This document shows positions 30,402 through 41,405 of a stretch of DNA of 64,000 bases, piece by piece. Positions within the stretch are counted from its first letter, which is position 1, and the number at the start of each line of letters is the position of its first letter. A model generated the notes under the pieces. It was not told the DNA's origin, searched no databases, and saw nothing but the letters and a program-made list of their open reading frames with translations. The stretch is from Wickerhamiella versatilis (taxonomy: Eukaryota): positions 372,001 through 436,000 of the forward strand of contig JAQOWU010000007.1 of NCBI GenBank assembly GCA_030867685.1, written 5' to 3'. The translations under genes and the position numbers were made by a program.

Positions 30402-32705
30402 ATGAGCGATAACAAGGCTGCCATTGCTGCACAAGAAAAGGGGCCTCCGCCTACTTATGCAGAGGCGACTCAGATACGACCCTTAAAGTTCTATCCTACT
30501 GATGGCTCTTTGTCTTACAAGGTAGCCACTACTGATACAGTATCGACTGACGAATGCATTGCTCATCTTAAGCTGATCAGCGTCTTCGCAGATCTCAGGG
30601 ACACTATTTCTAGTCGAGATGGAATTTTCGATTTGTGGGACTGCACTGCGTCCCAATCTGATGATGACTCCCGTAAGCGTGGCTTGGCTCTGCTTCGAGA
30701 GAAAAGATGGGCGGTGTACGTGACTCGGGCAGTTGATCGTTTCGAGTCATGGTTCAAAGGGAACGTATTGGAAAAAACTGTTGATGCAGGAGCTGAGGGA
30801 GTGACTGTTAAGCTGATTGAGAATTCGAAGATGTCGATGATAGATAAGCAGGTCGTGCAGCCCTGGACACCTGAGTCCTTGCCACCCGTAGACGTTCTTA
30901 TGGTGTGGCATGCGTATATGCTTAATCCTCGAGACTTTCTTGAGGATTCTATAAAATTCCAATGTTTGTGGTTTTGGTCAGCAGGTTTTCCATGGAAGGC
31001 AATTAATGAATGTATAAATGAAACATTGGATTATGTTGTTGCCGAAAAGGCTATAGGAAGGTTCGAGGCACAGTGCGGAAGAAAGTGGGTGAATGAAGCA
31101 GATCAAGACTTCAAAATCCTCAAATGCCCATGCTGTGATTCGATATTGAAAATACCATGGACAACGACCAAAGGTCCTGGTGATCTCACTCACCCATTTC
31201 AGGATGGACGCGGTTTCGCAGATACAGATTTGACGTATCACTGTGATTATTGCTCTTATGTGATTACTCGTGATGTACTACGGCTTGCGAAGTTTCGCAA
31301 AGACGTCATAAGGTTGTATAAGGAAGATATTGCCATGCCTGGGTCATTGCTTCCCCCAGACGGCATTCCAAAACCAACACCAAGTTCACCTGAGCACACC
31401 TATGTCAATCATCTAATTAAGAGGGGAATTTCCACGGATAACATGCTGATAGCAAGCGATTATCTCTCTTCACCCTCTAAAACTCTCGATGATGTACGAA
31501 AGCTGCTCGAGGAAATCAGTGCAGACCGCGGAATATTGGCTTACGTTGGAAAATATCGCCGTACCTCGCAAAAAGTAGCTCGTATTCGACGCATGTCCGT
31601 CCGCAGGGTCATGTCCCGATACTGGGACAACTCATCATTATTTTCGTTGGATCTGGTAGGTGCGGTGCTGCGCCAAGGTACGTTTGTGCGAAAGATGGAC
31701 GAAATAGATTGGCTGCATTCCCCCGCCCTTGAGAAAACCATGGAGCGATTAATTATGAAGTATCGTGTATTCCTCGAAATAATAGCCCAAAATGAGGGAA
31801 AAATGGCTGTACCAACTCTTGATGTCGATCTTGCGTGGCATACACATCAGCTATCTCCATACAGGTACTATGCTTTTTGTAAAAAACATACCGGAACACT
31901 AATTAACCACGACGATAAGGTCGAGGAGGGAAAGCTCTCTGATGGGTTCGAATGGACCAGTAAGCAGTATCAGAAACTCACTGGTGGACAATTATATAGT
32001 ACTTGTACCTGCTGGTATTGTGAGGCAGTCCGTGAATCTAATATATCTCCCATTTCTGCGAAATTGTTCTCATCCTCATCTTCAGCTTCTGCTCGCAGCA
32101 ATGCAATTTCTCTCCATTCAGAGTCTGAGAAGCATCAAGATAGTGACAAAATGGCACACATCTCTGCACACAACGCTATAGCACCTAAGGGATTGGCTGC
32201 AGGGACATCGGGAGAACAAGTTCGCGAGGCGCGGCTAAAACATCTTTATGAAAAGGCAAACCGCCGATTGCGCAAGCGGGGTATATCTACCAAGCCTTCT
32301 GGGAAAGGAAACGGAGAGAGAGGACCATACGATGGCTATTTTATGGCCTGGGGTATCCTTCCTCTGTACATGCCTTTTTCGGCGCCCTATATTGCAGACT
32401 GCGACATAAACAATTGCGATGGTATGTATCCAAGCAATCCAGCATGTGCCGATTTTTCTCCCGGGGCCATGGGAAATTGTGTTAGCGGTATGTGCGGAGG
32501 AAGAGTTGGTGCAGGGGGGTGTGGTAGTGGCGCATGCAGCGGTGGGACAGCTGGTGGCCAGTCAGGCAATTGCTCCTCGATGGGCGGATGTGGTGCGAGT
32601 GGTGGATGTGGAGGATTTGGTGGATGTGGTGGAATGGGTGGAGCATGTGGCGGAATTGGCGGTGGGTGCGGGGGTGGCGGAGGCGGATGTGGCGGTGGAT
32701 GCTAA
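30402..32705 (+). CDS. Glycine-rich-domain protein (GRDP/DUF1399-like) with Gly/Cys-rich tail
   Basis: LPPVDVLMVWHAYMLNP, VPTLDVDLAWHTHQL, HDDKV; C-terminal GGCG repeats. Confidence 0.85.
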   Translation: MSDNKAAIAAQEKGPPPTYAEATQIRPLKFYPTDGSLSYKVATTDTVSTDECIAHLKLISVFADLRDTISSRDGIFDLWDCTASQSDDDSRKRGLALLREKRWAVYVTRAVDRFESWFKGNVLEKTVDAGAEGVTVKLIENSKMSMIDKQVVQPWTPESLPPVDVLMVWHAYMLNPRDFLEDSIKFQCLWFWSAGFPWKAINECINETLDYVVAEKAIGRFEAQCGRKWVNEADQDFKILKCPCCDSILKIPWTTTKGPGDLTHPFQDGRGFADTDLTYHCDYCSYVITRDVLRLAKFRKDVIRLYKEDIAMPGSLLPPDGIPKPTPSSPEHTYVNHLIKRGISTDNMLIASDYLSSPSKTLDDVRKLLEEISADRGILAYVGKYRRTSQKVARIRRMSVRRVMSRYWDNSSLFSLDLVGAVLRQGTFVRKMDEIDWLHSPALEKTMERLIMKYRVFLEIIAQNEGKMAVPTLDVDLAWHTHQLSPYRYYAFCKKHTGTLINHDDKVEEGKLSDGFEWTSKQYQKLTGGQLYSTCTCWYCEAVRESNISPISAKLFSSSSSASARSNAISLHSESEKHQDSDKMAHISAHNAIAPKGLAAGTSGEQVREARLKHLYEKANRRLRKRGISTKPSGKGNGERGPYDGYFMAWGILPLYMPFSAPYIADCDINNCDGMYPSNPACADFSPGAMGNCVSGMCGGRVGAGGCGSGACSGGTAGGQSGNCSSMGGCGASGGCGGFGGCGGMGGACGGIGGGCGGGGGGCGGGC

Positions 32706-33248
32706 TTCACTGAAAATCGAAATAAAATTTAGATAGAATCAGTTTTTTTATTTTTTTCGATTAGACCAATGCTGTCGGTATCTAGTCGTATTATGCGAAA
32801 AGCAACCTCGTTTAGCGGCAGATAACGGGCTTCCTGTAAGTATGACAACAAGCGCTTGATTTTGTGTGAACTATTCTATACAATAACATCATATATATGA
32901 ACTTCTGTCACTCCAAATTTTTAAAAAAAAGGTGCGGGGTAAAAAAATGACAGGGTCAGGGTATGTATTACGCCCTGAAAAGCTTGACATTTCTTGCGCC
33001 GTGTAAATTCGTGTTTAGAAGGGGCGATATTCACTTTCTAGCTTGAGAGAGGAACTTATAAAAGGACGAAAAGGAATGTAATAGCCACAAGGTAAAATCA
33101 CGACGAGACCCGTAGTTATTTACCCTTAGTTACGATCAAATAAATGTCTCATCGTAGCGTTCAGCCTAACCCGATTAATAATCACAGTTTTAACTTTCAA
33201 CGGGGCAAACATTGTGACTAAATATTCTTCTTGCCACCAAAGGAGACT

Positions 33249-34907
33249 ATGGCTCCTACTACTACATTATTTCAGAGACCTGACTTCAGGGTCTTAGCGC
33301 TCCATGCCGCAAGAGAAGATCTTGTTGCCATAACCACGCATGGCGCGTTTTCTCGAGGCCGGTGGCTGCGACTCGGCATGGGCATCAACCGAGTTGCCGG
33401 ATCTGTCTTGTGCAAGGATGGTATTATAACGTGCCAGATGACACACGGTGAAATCTTATGCATAGACAGTAAACTGCGCGTAGTTGCGCGGGCTTCTGGT
33501 GCTCCACCCGGTAAGTATCCATTCCCACCAAGCACCAACCCTGATGGAAGATTTGCTGTACTGTCTCAGGGGCAAGAGGGTGTCGCAGTCTATCAAGTAG
33601 ATGGTCTACGTAAAATCAGATTGTTAAGTGGCGTAGAATTTGCTCTGTTGAATCGGCCTGGGTCTAAACCAGCAATAACGGTATCCAAAGGGATGGTGCA
33701 GGTAGCTGCTAACCAATGTGAATGGGACGTGGTCTCTGTATCTGGTGGAATTGAAACTGAGGGAGCAATAGTTAGGGGGAACACAAGTTTGACGCATGTT
33801 GCATTTGATGGTACTGTTACGGACATAGCACTGAAACCAGGAGAGCGATTACTTTCAAATGGGTGGATCTTGAATGGTACTGTTGTGAGGCATTGTCTTC
33901 ATGGAACCAAATATGATCTGGGTACCGCAGCCTTAGAGGCTACCCAGGTAGCCATAAACGAGAATAAGAACTTTTCTGAGGCTATTTTGTGCGACGTAAA
34001 TAATAAGTTGCTTCATGTATCTATCCCGGAATCGATCTGCAATGTTCTGCTAACTACTCGTGGACTTGAAGAAGTACATAATACTCTTCAAGTTCCTGTA
34101 CTTGCTGCCGTGTCGAATTGCCCCAGGCCCTCGAGGTTTCTTGGCTGTAAATATTTATTACTCTTCGTCAATAAAGGCAATACTTCAGCTTTTGAAGCTT
34201 CAACACCGTCTATCCTCAGTAAGGTTGATTTGGGACTTGAATCGGAAGAGACCATAGCTGTGGGTGATTGTGATAATCATCTTATGGTAGTCACACGAAA
34301 TGATATTCGTAAGTATCAATGGGGAACATTCCGCTTAGTGGATTCGATTGGAGTTGAAGATGTTATTGATGCCTGCGTAAGTGATATCTGCGTGATAGCA
34401 CGGCAAGGAGAGGTTATCACTTACAATCATGCACTTTCCATCCTGAATAGACGGTCTTGTCCTGTAGATACGGTTAGAATTACAGATTCTAATTCTCCGA
34501 TTTCTGCATCTTCAACTTGCAGCATAGCCTGCTATGATTCTGCTAATCTCAGCAATGTGACCAGTATATCGTCAAACATGTGGGTAACAGATCATTGTGA
34601 CCAAGGAAACATTATGGCAGTATGTTATGGGTTTGGCGCTTGTGACATATATTCTAATGATACCAAATCAGGTCGCTATGAGCATGAACCAATTCGATTG
34701 TTGCTCGGATCGCGACCACTTCGAATTATCGGAGCTCGGGGAGGAAAGTTCATAGTAGCTGGTGAGTCCATTTGGATTGTTGATAGCATGGGAGCCTCGA
34801 TGATTGAATCAGAGCATGAAATACTCGACGCAGCATTGGTAAATGAGAACTATATATATACCGTAGAGCATGACGGATACCTAAGGGTCCGGCGCATTGA
34901 AATATAG
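33249..34907 (+). CDS. Hypothetical beta-propeller-like protein (weak Mms1/DDB1/Rse1-like resemblance)
   Basis: Long beta-strand-rich ORF; NPDGRFAVL and EETIAVG...LMVVTRNDIR recall DDB1-family segments; first ATG at 33249. Confidence 0.4.
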   Translation: MAPTTTLFQRPDFRVLALHAAREDLVAITTHGAFSRGRWLRLGMGINRVAGSVLCKDGIITCQMTHGEILCIDSKLRVVARASGAPPGKYPFPPSTNPDGRFAVLSQGQEGVAVYQVDGLRKIRLLSGVEFALLNRPGSKPAITVSKGMVQVAANQCEWDVVSVSGGIETEGAIVRGNTSLTHVAFDGTVTDIALKPGERLLSNGWILNGTVVRHCLHGTKYDLGTAALEATQVAINENKNFSEAILCDVNNKLLHVSIPESICNVLLTTRGLEEVHNTLQVPVLAAVSNCPRPSRFLGCKYLLLFVNKGNTSAFEASTPSILSKVDLGLESEETIAVGDCDNHLMVVTRNDIRKYQWGTFRLVDSIGVEDVIDACVSDICVIARQGEVITYNHALSILNRRSCPVDTVRITDSNSPISASSTCSIACYDSANLSNVTSISSNMWVTDHCDQGNIMAVCYGFGACDIYSNDTKSGRYEHEPIRLLLGSRPLRIIGARGGKFIVAGESIWIVDSMGASMIESEHEILDAALVNENYIYTVEHDGYLRVRRIEI

Positions 34908-35387
34908 AGAGTCTATTTTTTTTAAAAAATTGAGCACGTAAAAGAATAAGAGGGTTTTGCAGTAGACTCATGCAATTATATTAGGAGAAGGCTTGGTGGT
35001 TTTCTGAGGCAACTCAATATTTTAAGCCACACAGTAATACAACCGAGGAAACCGATTTCTATGCGCATAACGACTTAGACATCTGTAAACCACTGATCTT
35101 TGCAGTATACTTCTATGGATAAGAAGGCCCCAACCCTGATTCTCTAGCACAACTGAACCGTAGAAAAACCAAAATCACTACTGTTATCTCATACTATTTT
35201 TTTTCGCCAAAATAATCCAGTTTCCATGTCTTATATGAACACAGAAGAGATAAAAGAGAGCAGTGTATGATCAAATGACGATTAATAATCTATTAGACCT
35301 AGCTAGATTATCATAGGTTAGAAAGACAAGATGGGCATTATACCCCGGCAAAAATAATAAATATGCATCCACCATGGACTTAAGAAG

Positions 35388-35960
35388 TCACAATACGGGA
35401 GATCCTACACAGAGGAGTAGAACAGCCGCTCTTATATGCATTCGATACTCCTCGGGAGAAGTCACGGTATCTCTGATACCCCGAGATACTATTACTAGGT
35501 TACTGGCCAAAATCTTCGGGGTTAATCCAACTTTAGCCCATCGCCGTGAGATATAAGTATTTTCTAGAAACCGCGTCAACATTTCTATGGTTGTTTCCCT
35601 CGCGATTTTTTCATATTTCTCACCAACAGTGGATAGTTCCTCAGCTAACTCTGTGCCAGTGAGGTCAGCCAGGGAAGTACTGAACGCCTTAATTAAACGA
35701 TCTTCTATTGAAATCTCGCGATCATGAAGACACGATTCGAAATTTTTCAGTCTTGGTGTCATTCCCCGTTCAGCAACTGCGCATAAGAGAGCTTCTTTAT
35801 TTGGAAAATGAGCATAAACCGTTTGGCGCGATACTCCAGCAGCTCGGGCTACGTCATCCATAGTTGTCTTCTTGTATCCAAAATTACTGAATGACTGCCA
35901 TGCCTTACTCACTATAACCTTTTGTAAAGGTGGCGCGTACTGGCCATCGTCTATTACCAT
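35388..35960 (-). CDS. TetR/AcrR-family transcriptional regulator (bacterial type)
   Basis: Intact HTH: FSNFGYKKTTMDDVARAAGVSRQTVYAHFPNKEALL; 190 aa. Confidence 0.92.
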   Translation of the reverse strand: MVIDDGQYAPPLQKVIVSKAWQSFSNFGYKKTTMDDVARAAGVSRQTVYAHFPNKEALLCAVAERGMTPRLKNFESCLHDREISIEDRLIKAFSTSLADLTGTELAEELSTVGEKYEKIARETTIEMLTRFLENTYISRRWAKVGLTPKILASNLVIVSRGIRDTVTSPEEYRMHIRAAVLLLCVGSPVL

Positions 35961-36177
35961 TTATGTGTTAGTCATACAAACAACAGAAACACACCTATAT
36001 TCGATGATCTCTGTAGTCATGTTGACAGCTCAACTCAATGGATTTCTTGCTTTCGACGGAATAATCTCATGTTGTACGTTGAATTCCTAATTCTCACTAT
36101 TTCTCTACAATATTTAGCACAACATAGTATCAGATAGCAATCTGAGTAATCAAACGTCTATTGGCTGACCCTCTACA

Positions 36178-37737
36178 ATGTCCATTGGTGTTCATCGTGA
36201 ACTGGAACTCACTGAATGCACTGTAGAAGGTGTTAATTCTCTATACGCTAGAGGAATTAAGTGCGAAGACCTAATATCAGCATTTCAAAAACGGGTTTCT
36301 AAGTACAATCCTCATTATAATGCCATAATAACTCCTAATCCCTCAGCGCTTGAAGATGCTCGTGAGATAGACCGTCTTCGACAGTCAGGTGAGCCCCTAG
36401 GTCCTTTGGCTGGTATTCCGGTGGTGATAAAGGACACGATGGATATGGTAAACTTGCCGTCGACTGCAGGTTGGCATTTTCTAAGCGCAAGAGCTGGTGG
36501 TGTGGACCTCATTCCGGAAAAGGACTCTCCTGTTGTCGCACGAATAAAGAAAGCAGGCTGTGTTATTCTCGGTAAGACAAATGTTCCAATTCTTTCAGCT
36601 GGCGGGAGTAACACTAACAACAGCTGGGCCGGCCCAACTTTGAATTCAGCAGCACCGGCCCGAATGCCAGGTGGGAGCTCTGCAGGTACTGCAACTGCAG
36701 TTGGAACAAGTATGGCTGTTGTAGGCTTGGCAGAAGAGACAGGTGGATCGATTCAAAATCCCGCAGCCGCACAAGGTCTAGTTGGCGTAAAGCCTACCTT
36801 CGGACTAGTACCCAATGCTGGTGTTGTTCCTCTTGGTGGTTCTACTCGTGACGTTGTTGGGCCAATTGCTCGAACCGTGCGCGATGCAGCGCTGGTGCTC
36901 GACGTTCTCGCTGGTTATACTTCCGAAGATCCGAAGACTGTTGCTGGGATCGGCAACCGCCCATTAGACGGCTATACGACGAATTTAAACCGATCATTTT
37001 TGAAAGGAAAGCGCTTAGGACTTTATGGTTTTGGATGGCGTAAACAGGAACTTTCAAAGGAATGCGCTACGTTATACGAACGAGCAAAGAAGGAAATAGA
37101 GCGATGTGGAGCTACACTGATAGATGACCCTTTTTTGAATACCAATTTTACCTCGATAGCTTGGACCTCCTCCAAAAGATCGTATTTTGATGCTCGGGGT
37201 ATGGAGTGTGCCGCTTACGATGTGGATCAGTATCTTCGCCGTCTGGGACCATCGGCAGCCATCAAAGATTTTAACAGTCTTTCAAAGATAACCGAGACTG
37301 AGGATCCTTTTGGTTCCGGTGGCGTGTTGGAATACTTAAAATATCTTCCCGAAACAGAAGTTTCTTTGAACGACTCTACGACTCCTCCACCCCTGAAGGA
37401 GTTCGTAAAAGCGAAAGAAGAATATATTAGGGTGATTAATGAGATCTTCTCTAACCATCATCTTGATGGTCTTGTATTTCCTCAGATGTGTGATGAGCCT
37501 CCACTTTTGAAGGCCGATAGCGACGCTATTATACCCCTCACGGTCAGTGAAATTAATATCGCAGGTCTACCAATCGTTACTGTCCCTGCTGGTTATTATG
37601 AATCTGGCTCACCATTCAACTTGGTATTTATTGGCAAGCATTGGTCAGAAGCAGAGCTTCTGGGTCTTGCCTATGACTACGAACAAGCAACACATCATCG
37701 CATAGCTCCAAGGCTAGAGGAGAGTCAGCTAGAGTAG
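36178..37737 (+). CDS. Amidase-signature family amidase, bacterial type
   Basis: GIPVVIKD (Lys), PGGSSAGTA, EETGGSIQNPA (Ser-cisSer-Lys triad), GVKPTFGLV. Confidence 0.92.
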   Translation: MSIGVHRELELTECTVEGVNSLYARGIKCEDLISAFQKRVSKYNPHYNAIITPNPSALEDAREIDRLRQSGEPLGPLAGIPVVIKDTMDMVNLPSTAGWHFLSARAGGVDLIPEKDSPVVARIKKAGCVILGKTNVPILSAGGSNTNNSWAGPTLNSAAPARMPGGSSAGTATAVGTSMAVVGLAEETGGSIQNPAAAQGLVGVKPTFGLVPNAGVVPLGGSTRDVVGPIARTVRDAALVLDVLAGYTSEDPKTVAGIGNRPLDGYTTNLNRSFLKGKRLGLYGFGWRKQELSKECATLYERAKKEIERCGATLIDDPFLNTNFTSIAWTSSKRSYFDARGMECAAYDVDQYLRRLGPSAAIKDFNSLSKITETEDPFGSGGVLEYLKYLPETEVSLNDSTTPPPLKEFVKAKEEYIRVINEIFSNHHLDGLVFPQMCDEPPLLKADSDAIIPLTVSEINIAGLPIVTVPAGYYESGSPFNLVFIGKHWSEAELLGLAYDYEQATHHRIAPRLEESQLE

Positions 37738-37822
37738 GAAGCGTAAACTCAGAGAAAGTACTAAATTAGAGTCTTAAGAATCAAATTTGTCTATATTTGA
37801 GGATCTTATATCCTGAATACGT

Positions 37823-38660
37823 TCAAAACGTAGCATGACCAAGTTCAACAGCGAAGCTAAGAGTGAGACAACTATACTTAATAATATGATCCAAAAGCTA
37901 GCTTATCCGCCGTATCATGTATAGTGTGTACATATATGGATTAGACACCTCAAAGGCACTATCGAAAACATGAGAGCTTGAGTAGCCTGTAATTTTGTTT
38001 CAGCTAGCGTAATCGCTACTTGCAATCTTCGGTAGCGCTGAATAGGTCCAGCCTATTGTACAGTATTCTATAATCTTCGGAATATACTCAGTAAGATTCT
38101 CGTCGGCATCATCAAGTTTCATAAAAAGCCACAGTATCTTTTCCTAGCTTAATGGATCCTACGCTATATCCTGTCATGTCCTGCTCAAACATTGCGACGA
38201 CTTGGATTCCTGAATCCCTATGATTCGCGGCAATATCTTGAGAATCTAAAACCGAATTCTTCAGCACCGGCTGCAGGTAGAACAAAAGGCATGAAAAGGT
38301 TGATAGAATCCTGATTTGAACCTATTAACACTACATCTTCTAGAGTGCTAGAACCCACGGAACGCGCTTTTCTGCTAAGACAATGCATAAGTTCATAGGT
38401 CGTATTTGTCTGCATCATTTTTTTCCGAATTGTGGTAAGTGAATAATTGATTCGAGATGCCCAAGGCCTATCACCATGTGATGTAATATCTATAAAGTCT
38501 ACACCGTTCCTTTAATTTGAGCATATCATCAAAATCAACTTCTTGGCGTTGTATTTTCCCATACTCAACTTTCCGAAGTCCTTTGGGAGTAAGTAAATGT
38601 TATGGAGGGATCTCCAGGCGCGCAGCCTAACTGGTAAAAATAGCAAAAACAATCTTTAAT
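37823..38660 (-). pseudogene. Degraded fungal leucine aminopeptidase 1 (M28 family)
   Basis: Hand translation across frames: NGVDFIDIT, VVLIGSNQDSINLFMPFVLPAAGA, EEFG, SQDI, AMFEQDMTGY, SSDYAS, LDHIIKYSCLTLSFAVELG; several stops and frameshifts plus internal deletions; 5' boundary approximate. Confidence 0.85.
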
Positions 38661-38812
38661 CTGATGAAGGGAAGCTATTACATAATTATATTACATTGAT
38701 AGATATCCTTTTACTTCTGCCCAGGATTGATAGTGTTTGGAATGAATGGTTTCATAGCACCAAAAAAGTAAAATTGGACATATTGTAGAGCTTCTGAAAT
38801 ATGTTTCAATAT

Positions 38813-40015
38813 CTAAGCTCCAGGTGCCGGTTGTGCGCCCGGTATGGATGTAGTAATGGCCTTGAGGTCGGAATCACTTGTGTATTTTACGGGTGCAAAG
38901 GCATATTGCTTGTTGTCAATATCAAAAACGAGGTAGAGCTGGCGAAGTATTGGATCACCAAGGATATTAAGTTCAAAAATAAACTCAGAAATAGAACGAC
39001 CCACGGCAAAGATATAAGTGCCTTGGTCTTCTTCAAGTATCAAGTCCTCAGCAGGTACGTTTACCTCAACACCAGATATTGTGAAGTTCAGTCCAGTTCT
39101 TCCAGTCAAGTCGGGCTTAGTCTGCGATGCATATACCTCATTATAGGAATCCCAGCTGAATCCATAATCTGAAGCCGCGCTATCAGCCAAGTCTTGCGGA
39201 AGGAGAATCTGAGGGGTACCTGTGTCCCAGATAGCTGAAAAACTATGGCCCTGGAACTCTATATCAACACCATAGTAGCTTTCAAGAATGCCAAACTCAC
39301 CAGAAGACCATGGAACGGTATAAAGGGGTCCCTTATATTTTGCTGAGTCGACGCCTCCAAGAATCAGCTCGGCATCTGTGGCATCTTCATTTGCCATGTA
39401 TAAGCTGAATGCATTCGCATTGATAGTACCTTGCTCTTGAAGACGCTGAACAAACGGGGTATACTTTGTAGGTGCTGACTCCGCGCTCTTGACAGAGATG
39501 CCGAAGATACCTCTGTTATCAGGAAATAAGTTATCAGACTGATTCAAATACGCAATTGGGTAGTTATCTACAGAAGCTCCGGCTAGCGTTACCGTCGCAT
39601 CAGCCCAAGAACCTGTGACTGTGTTAGATCCATCACCGTACGAATCAGTAAAATCATTATTCAACCACTTATATCCAGATGTAGCAGAATCAGGGTCAAA
39701 GAGATTAGAGCCCGAGGAGCCCGTGGCGAATGCCCAAGTATCACTGCTGCCGGTATCTAGGATTGCAGATATTTTCTGACCCGCAATCTCGTAGTCAACA
39801 AAGTAACGTTCTCCTGTGAAGTCCAATGAAGTTTCTGGGTCATTTCGCTTTCTTAAAGACCGTCCAGGATGAGCGATTCTTGACGAGTTCGTGAATCTGG
39901 GAGCTGTGGAGATTTTATGAGATACTGGGATTGTTAGCACGCCTGGAGCACCTCGCTCCGCGAGGGGCGCAGCTATAGAAATACTGATGACAGAGGCCAA
40001 ACTGCAAAACCACAT
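38813..40015 (-). CDS. Secreted A1 aspartic protease (SAP/yapsin-like)
   Basis: Signal peptide, KR propeptide site, LDTGSSD and WDTGT catalytic motifs, ILGD; ATG at 40015. Confidence 0.93.
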   Translation of the reverse strand: MWFCSLASVISISIAAPLAERGAPGVLTIPVSHKISTAPRFTNSSRIAHPGRSLRKRNDPETSLDFTGERYFVDYEIAGQKISAILDTGSSDTWAFATGSSGSNLFDPDSATSGYKWLNNDFTDSYGDGSNTVTGSWADATVTLAGASVDNYPIAYLNQSDNLFPDNRGIFGISVKSAESAPTKYTPFVQRLQEQGTINANAFSLYMANEDATDAELILGGVDSAKYKGPLYTVPWSSGEFGILESYYGVDIEFQGHSFSAIWDTGTPQILLPQDLADSAASDYGFSWDSYNEVYASQTKPDLTGRTGLNFTISGVEVNVPAEDLILEEDQGTYIFAVGRSISEFIFELNILGDPILRQLYLVFDIDNKQYAFAPVKYTSDSDLKAITTSIPGAQPAPGA

Positions 40016-40898
40016 GAGGTATACCAAAATGAGAAGACCTTTTATCCACTTATAATGCCCCCATTTGACAAAGCACCGACGATCAGTGTTATTAAAACGG
40101 AAGATTCCGACGGTGAGAACTAGACATTAATCCTAAGAGGTCGGATTAAAAGCAGGAGGACCTTGGGGGAATTATACCGGAAAAACAAATAAATTTACTT
40201 TATGAATATTTAACCATACTGGCCGCAGCTATGCGTGAATCTGCAAGATATCTCTCCAAGACAGGACTTAATTAACAATTAATTAAATACCCTTACCCCA
40301 TACAATCGTGGCAATCATGCAAACAGGTGGCTGGTAGTGGGTCAAAATAAGAAATATATTCCAGCATTAAGACAGTTATTGAACAGTATCAAGGCAATTA
40401 TCAACCTTCCTTGGTTAATAGAAACAAGGTCGTCTGAGATATTGAATCTGTACAAGTGCAGATATGCTGCCTAATCGCTGCAGGTAGACTCAAAGAATTG
40501 ATAAGAATACTCTAATCCAATTGGTAGAGGATTCCAGGGCTTTAGTTGGAATGACGGAGCTGAAGCGGTTAGTGCAAGCTGTGAAATAGGAGTATTCAGT
40601 CTTGTTCTTAGCCATCATATTTATTTTCCATATAGTGCTGGCTTGACCTAGTACTCTCTTCAATGAACATACGGATGCTATAGGAGACTTAGTTCAGGGC
40701 ATATGACAAAAGAAGAAAATCCGATATTAGTATACACTAAGGTTAATGTCAACAAAAGCCTGAAATACTGTCGTGCTGTACACATAGTTACTTTCTCCTT
40801 ACACCAAACTACTGCGCAGTAATTAAGAAGTAAAGCCATACATTTTTTTGGAAGTAGATGCTCTATCTTAAATTATCCGACAATTGCGTCATCGTCTC

Positions 40899-40912
40899 CC
40901 TGAGACTGGTTG
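40899..40912 (+). repeat. Dispersed intergenic element, partial copy D (CCTGAGACTGGTTG)
   Basis: 14-bp exact match to copies A and B. Confidence 0.7.
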
Positions 40913-41405
40913 TGAGCAACGTGTGATATTACCTGATATATTACAAGTTTAGAATATCAATACTCTTCTAACGCACCAGCACCAGAAACAGCGGCCATAT
41001 GTCAACGTTATTAAGATATCTCTCTGATAAGTTTCAGCTTAAAAGATATAGTTGATAGTCAGATTGTTTCTTAGCTTTTTTGCAAAAAAAGAGCTACTTA
41101 AACACGTATTTCTGGAGTACAAGTTAATAAAATCTGAGATAATATATATTCATAAGTTGACATCTGATAATTATTAAAGAGGCTAGCTAGTAGCATAAAG
41201 TTATAATCTTATGTGGTGATGCTTAAGCTCTGAAAGATGAAGGGAGAGTGATCAGGACCAGCTACCTATTCATGAAACCATTACGAAAAAGTACGATGCA
41301 AAATGAGTATTCTTATGAAAAAGAAAAGAACAGAGTACTCTCAAAATGCTGTATCAGACGCAACATCAAGTAGTTTGTGCCGTGGTGTGAAGGCGTGCAA
41401 GCATG

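Noticed and set aside
32500-32705. GGN/TGY-rich repetitive DNA
   Set aside because: Explained by the Gly/Cys-rich coding tail of the GRDP-like protein
36022-36050. TTGACA as a surviving sigma70 promoter
   Set aside because: No acceptable -10 hexamer at 16-18 bp spacing
40400-41000. Possible decayed ORF on the minus strand
   Set aside because: Reading frames are broken and I recognised no family motif; needs tBLASTx
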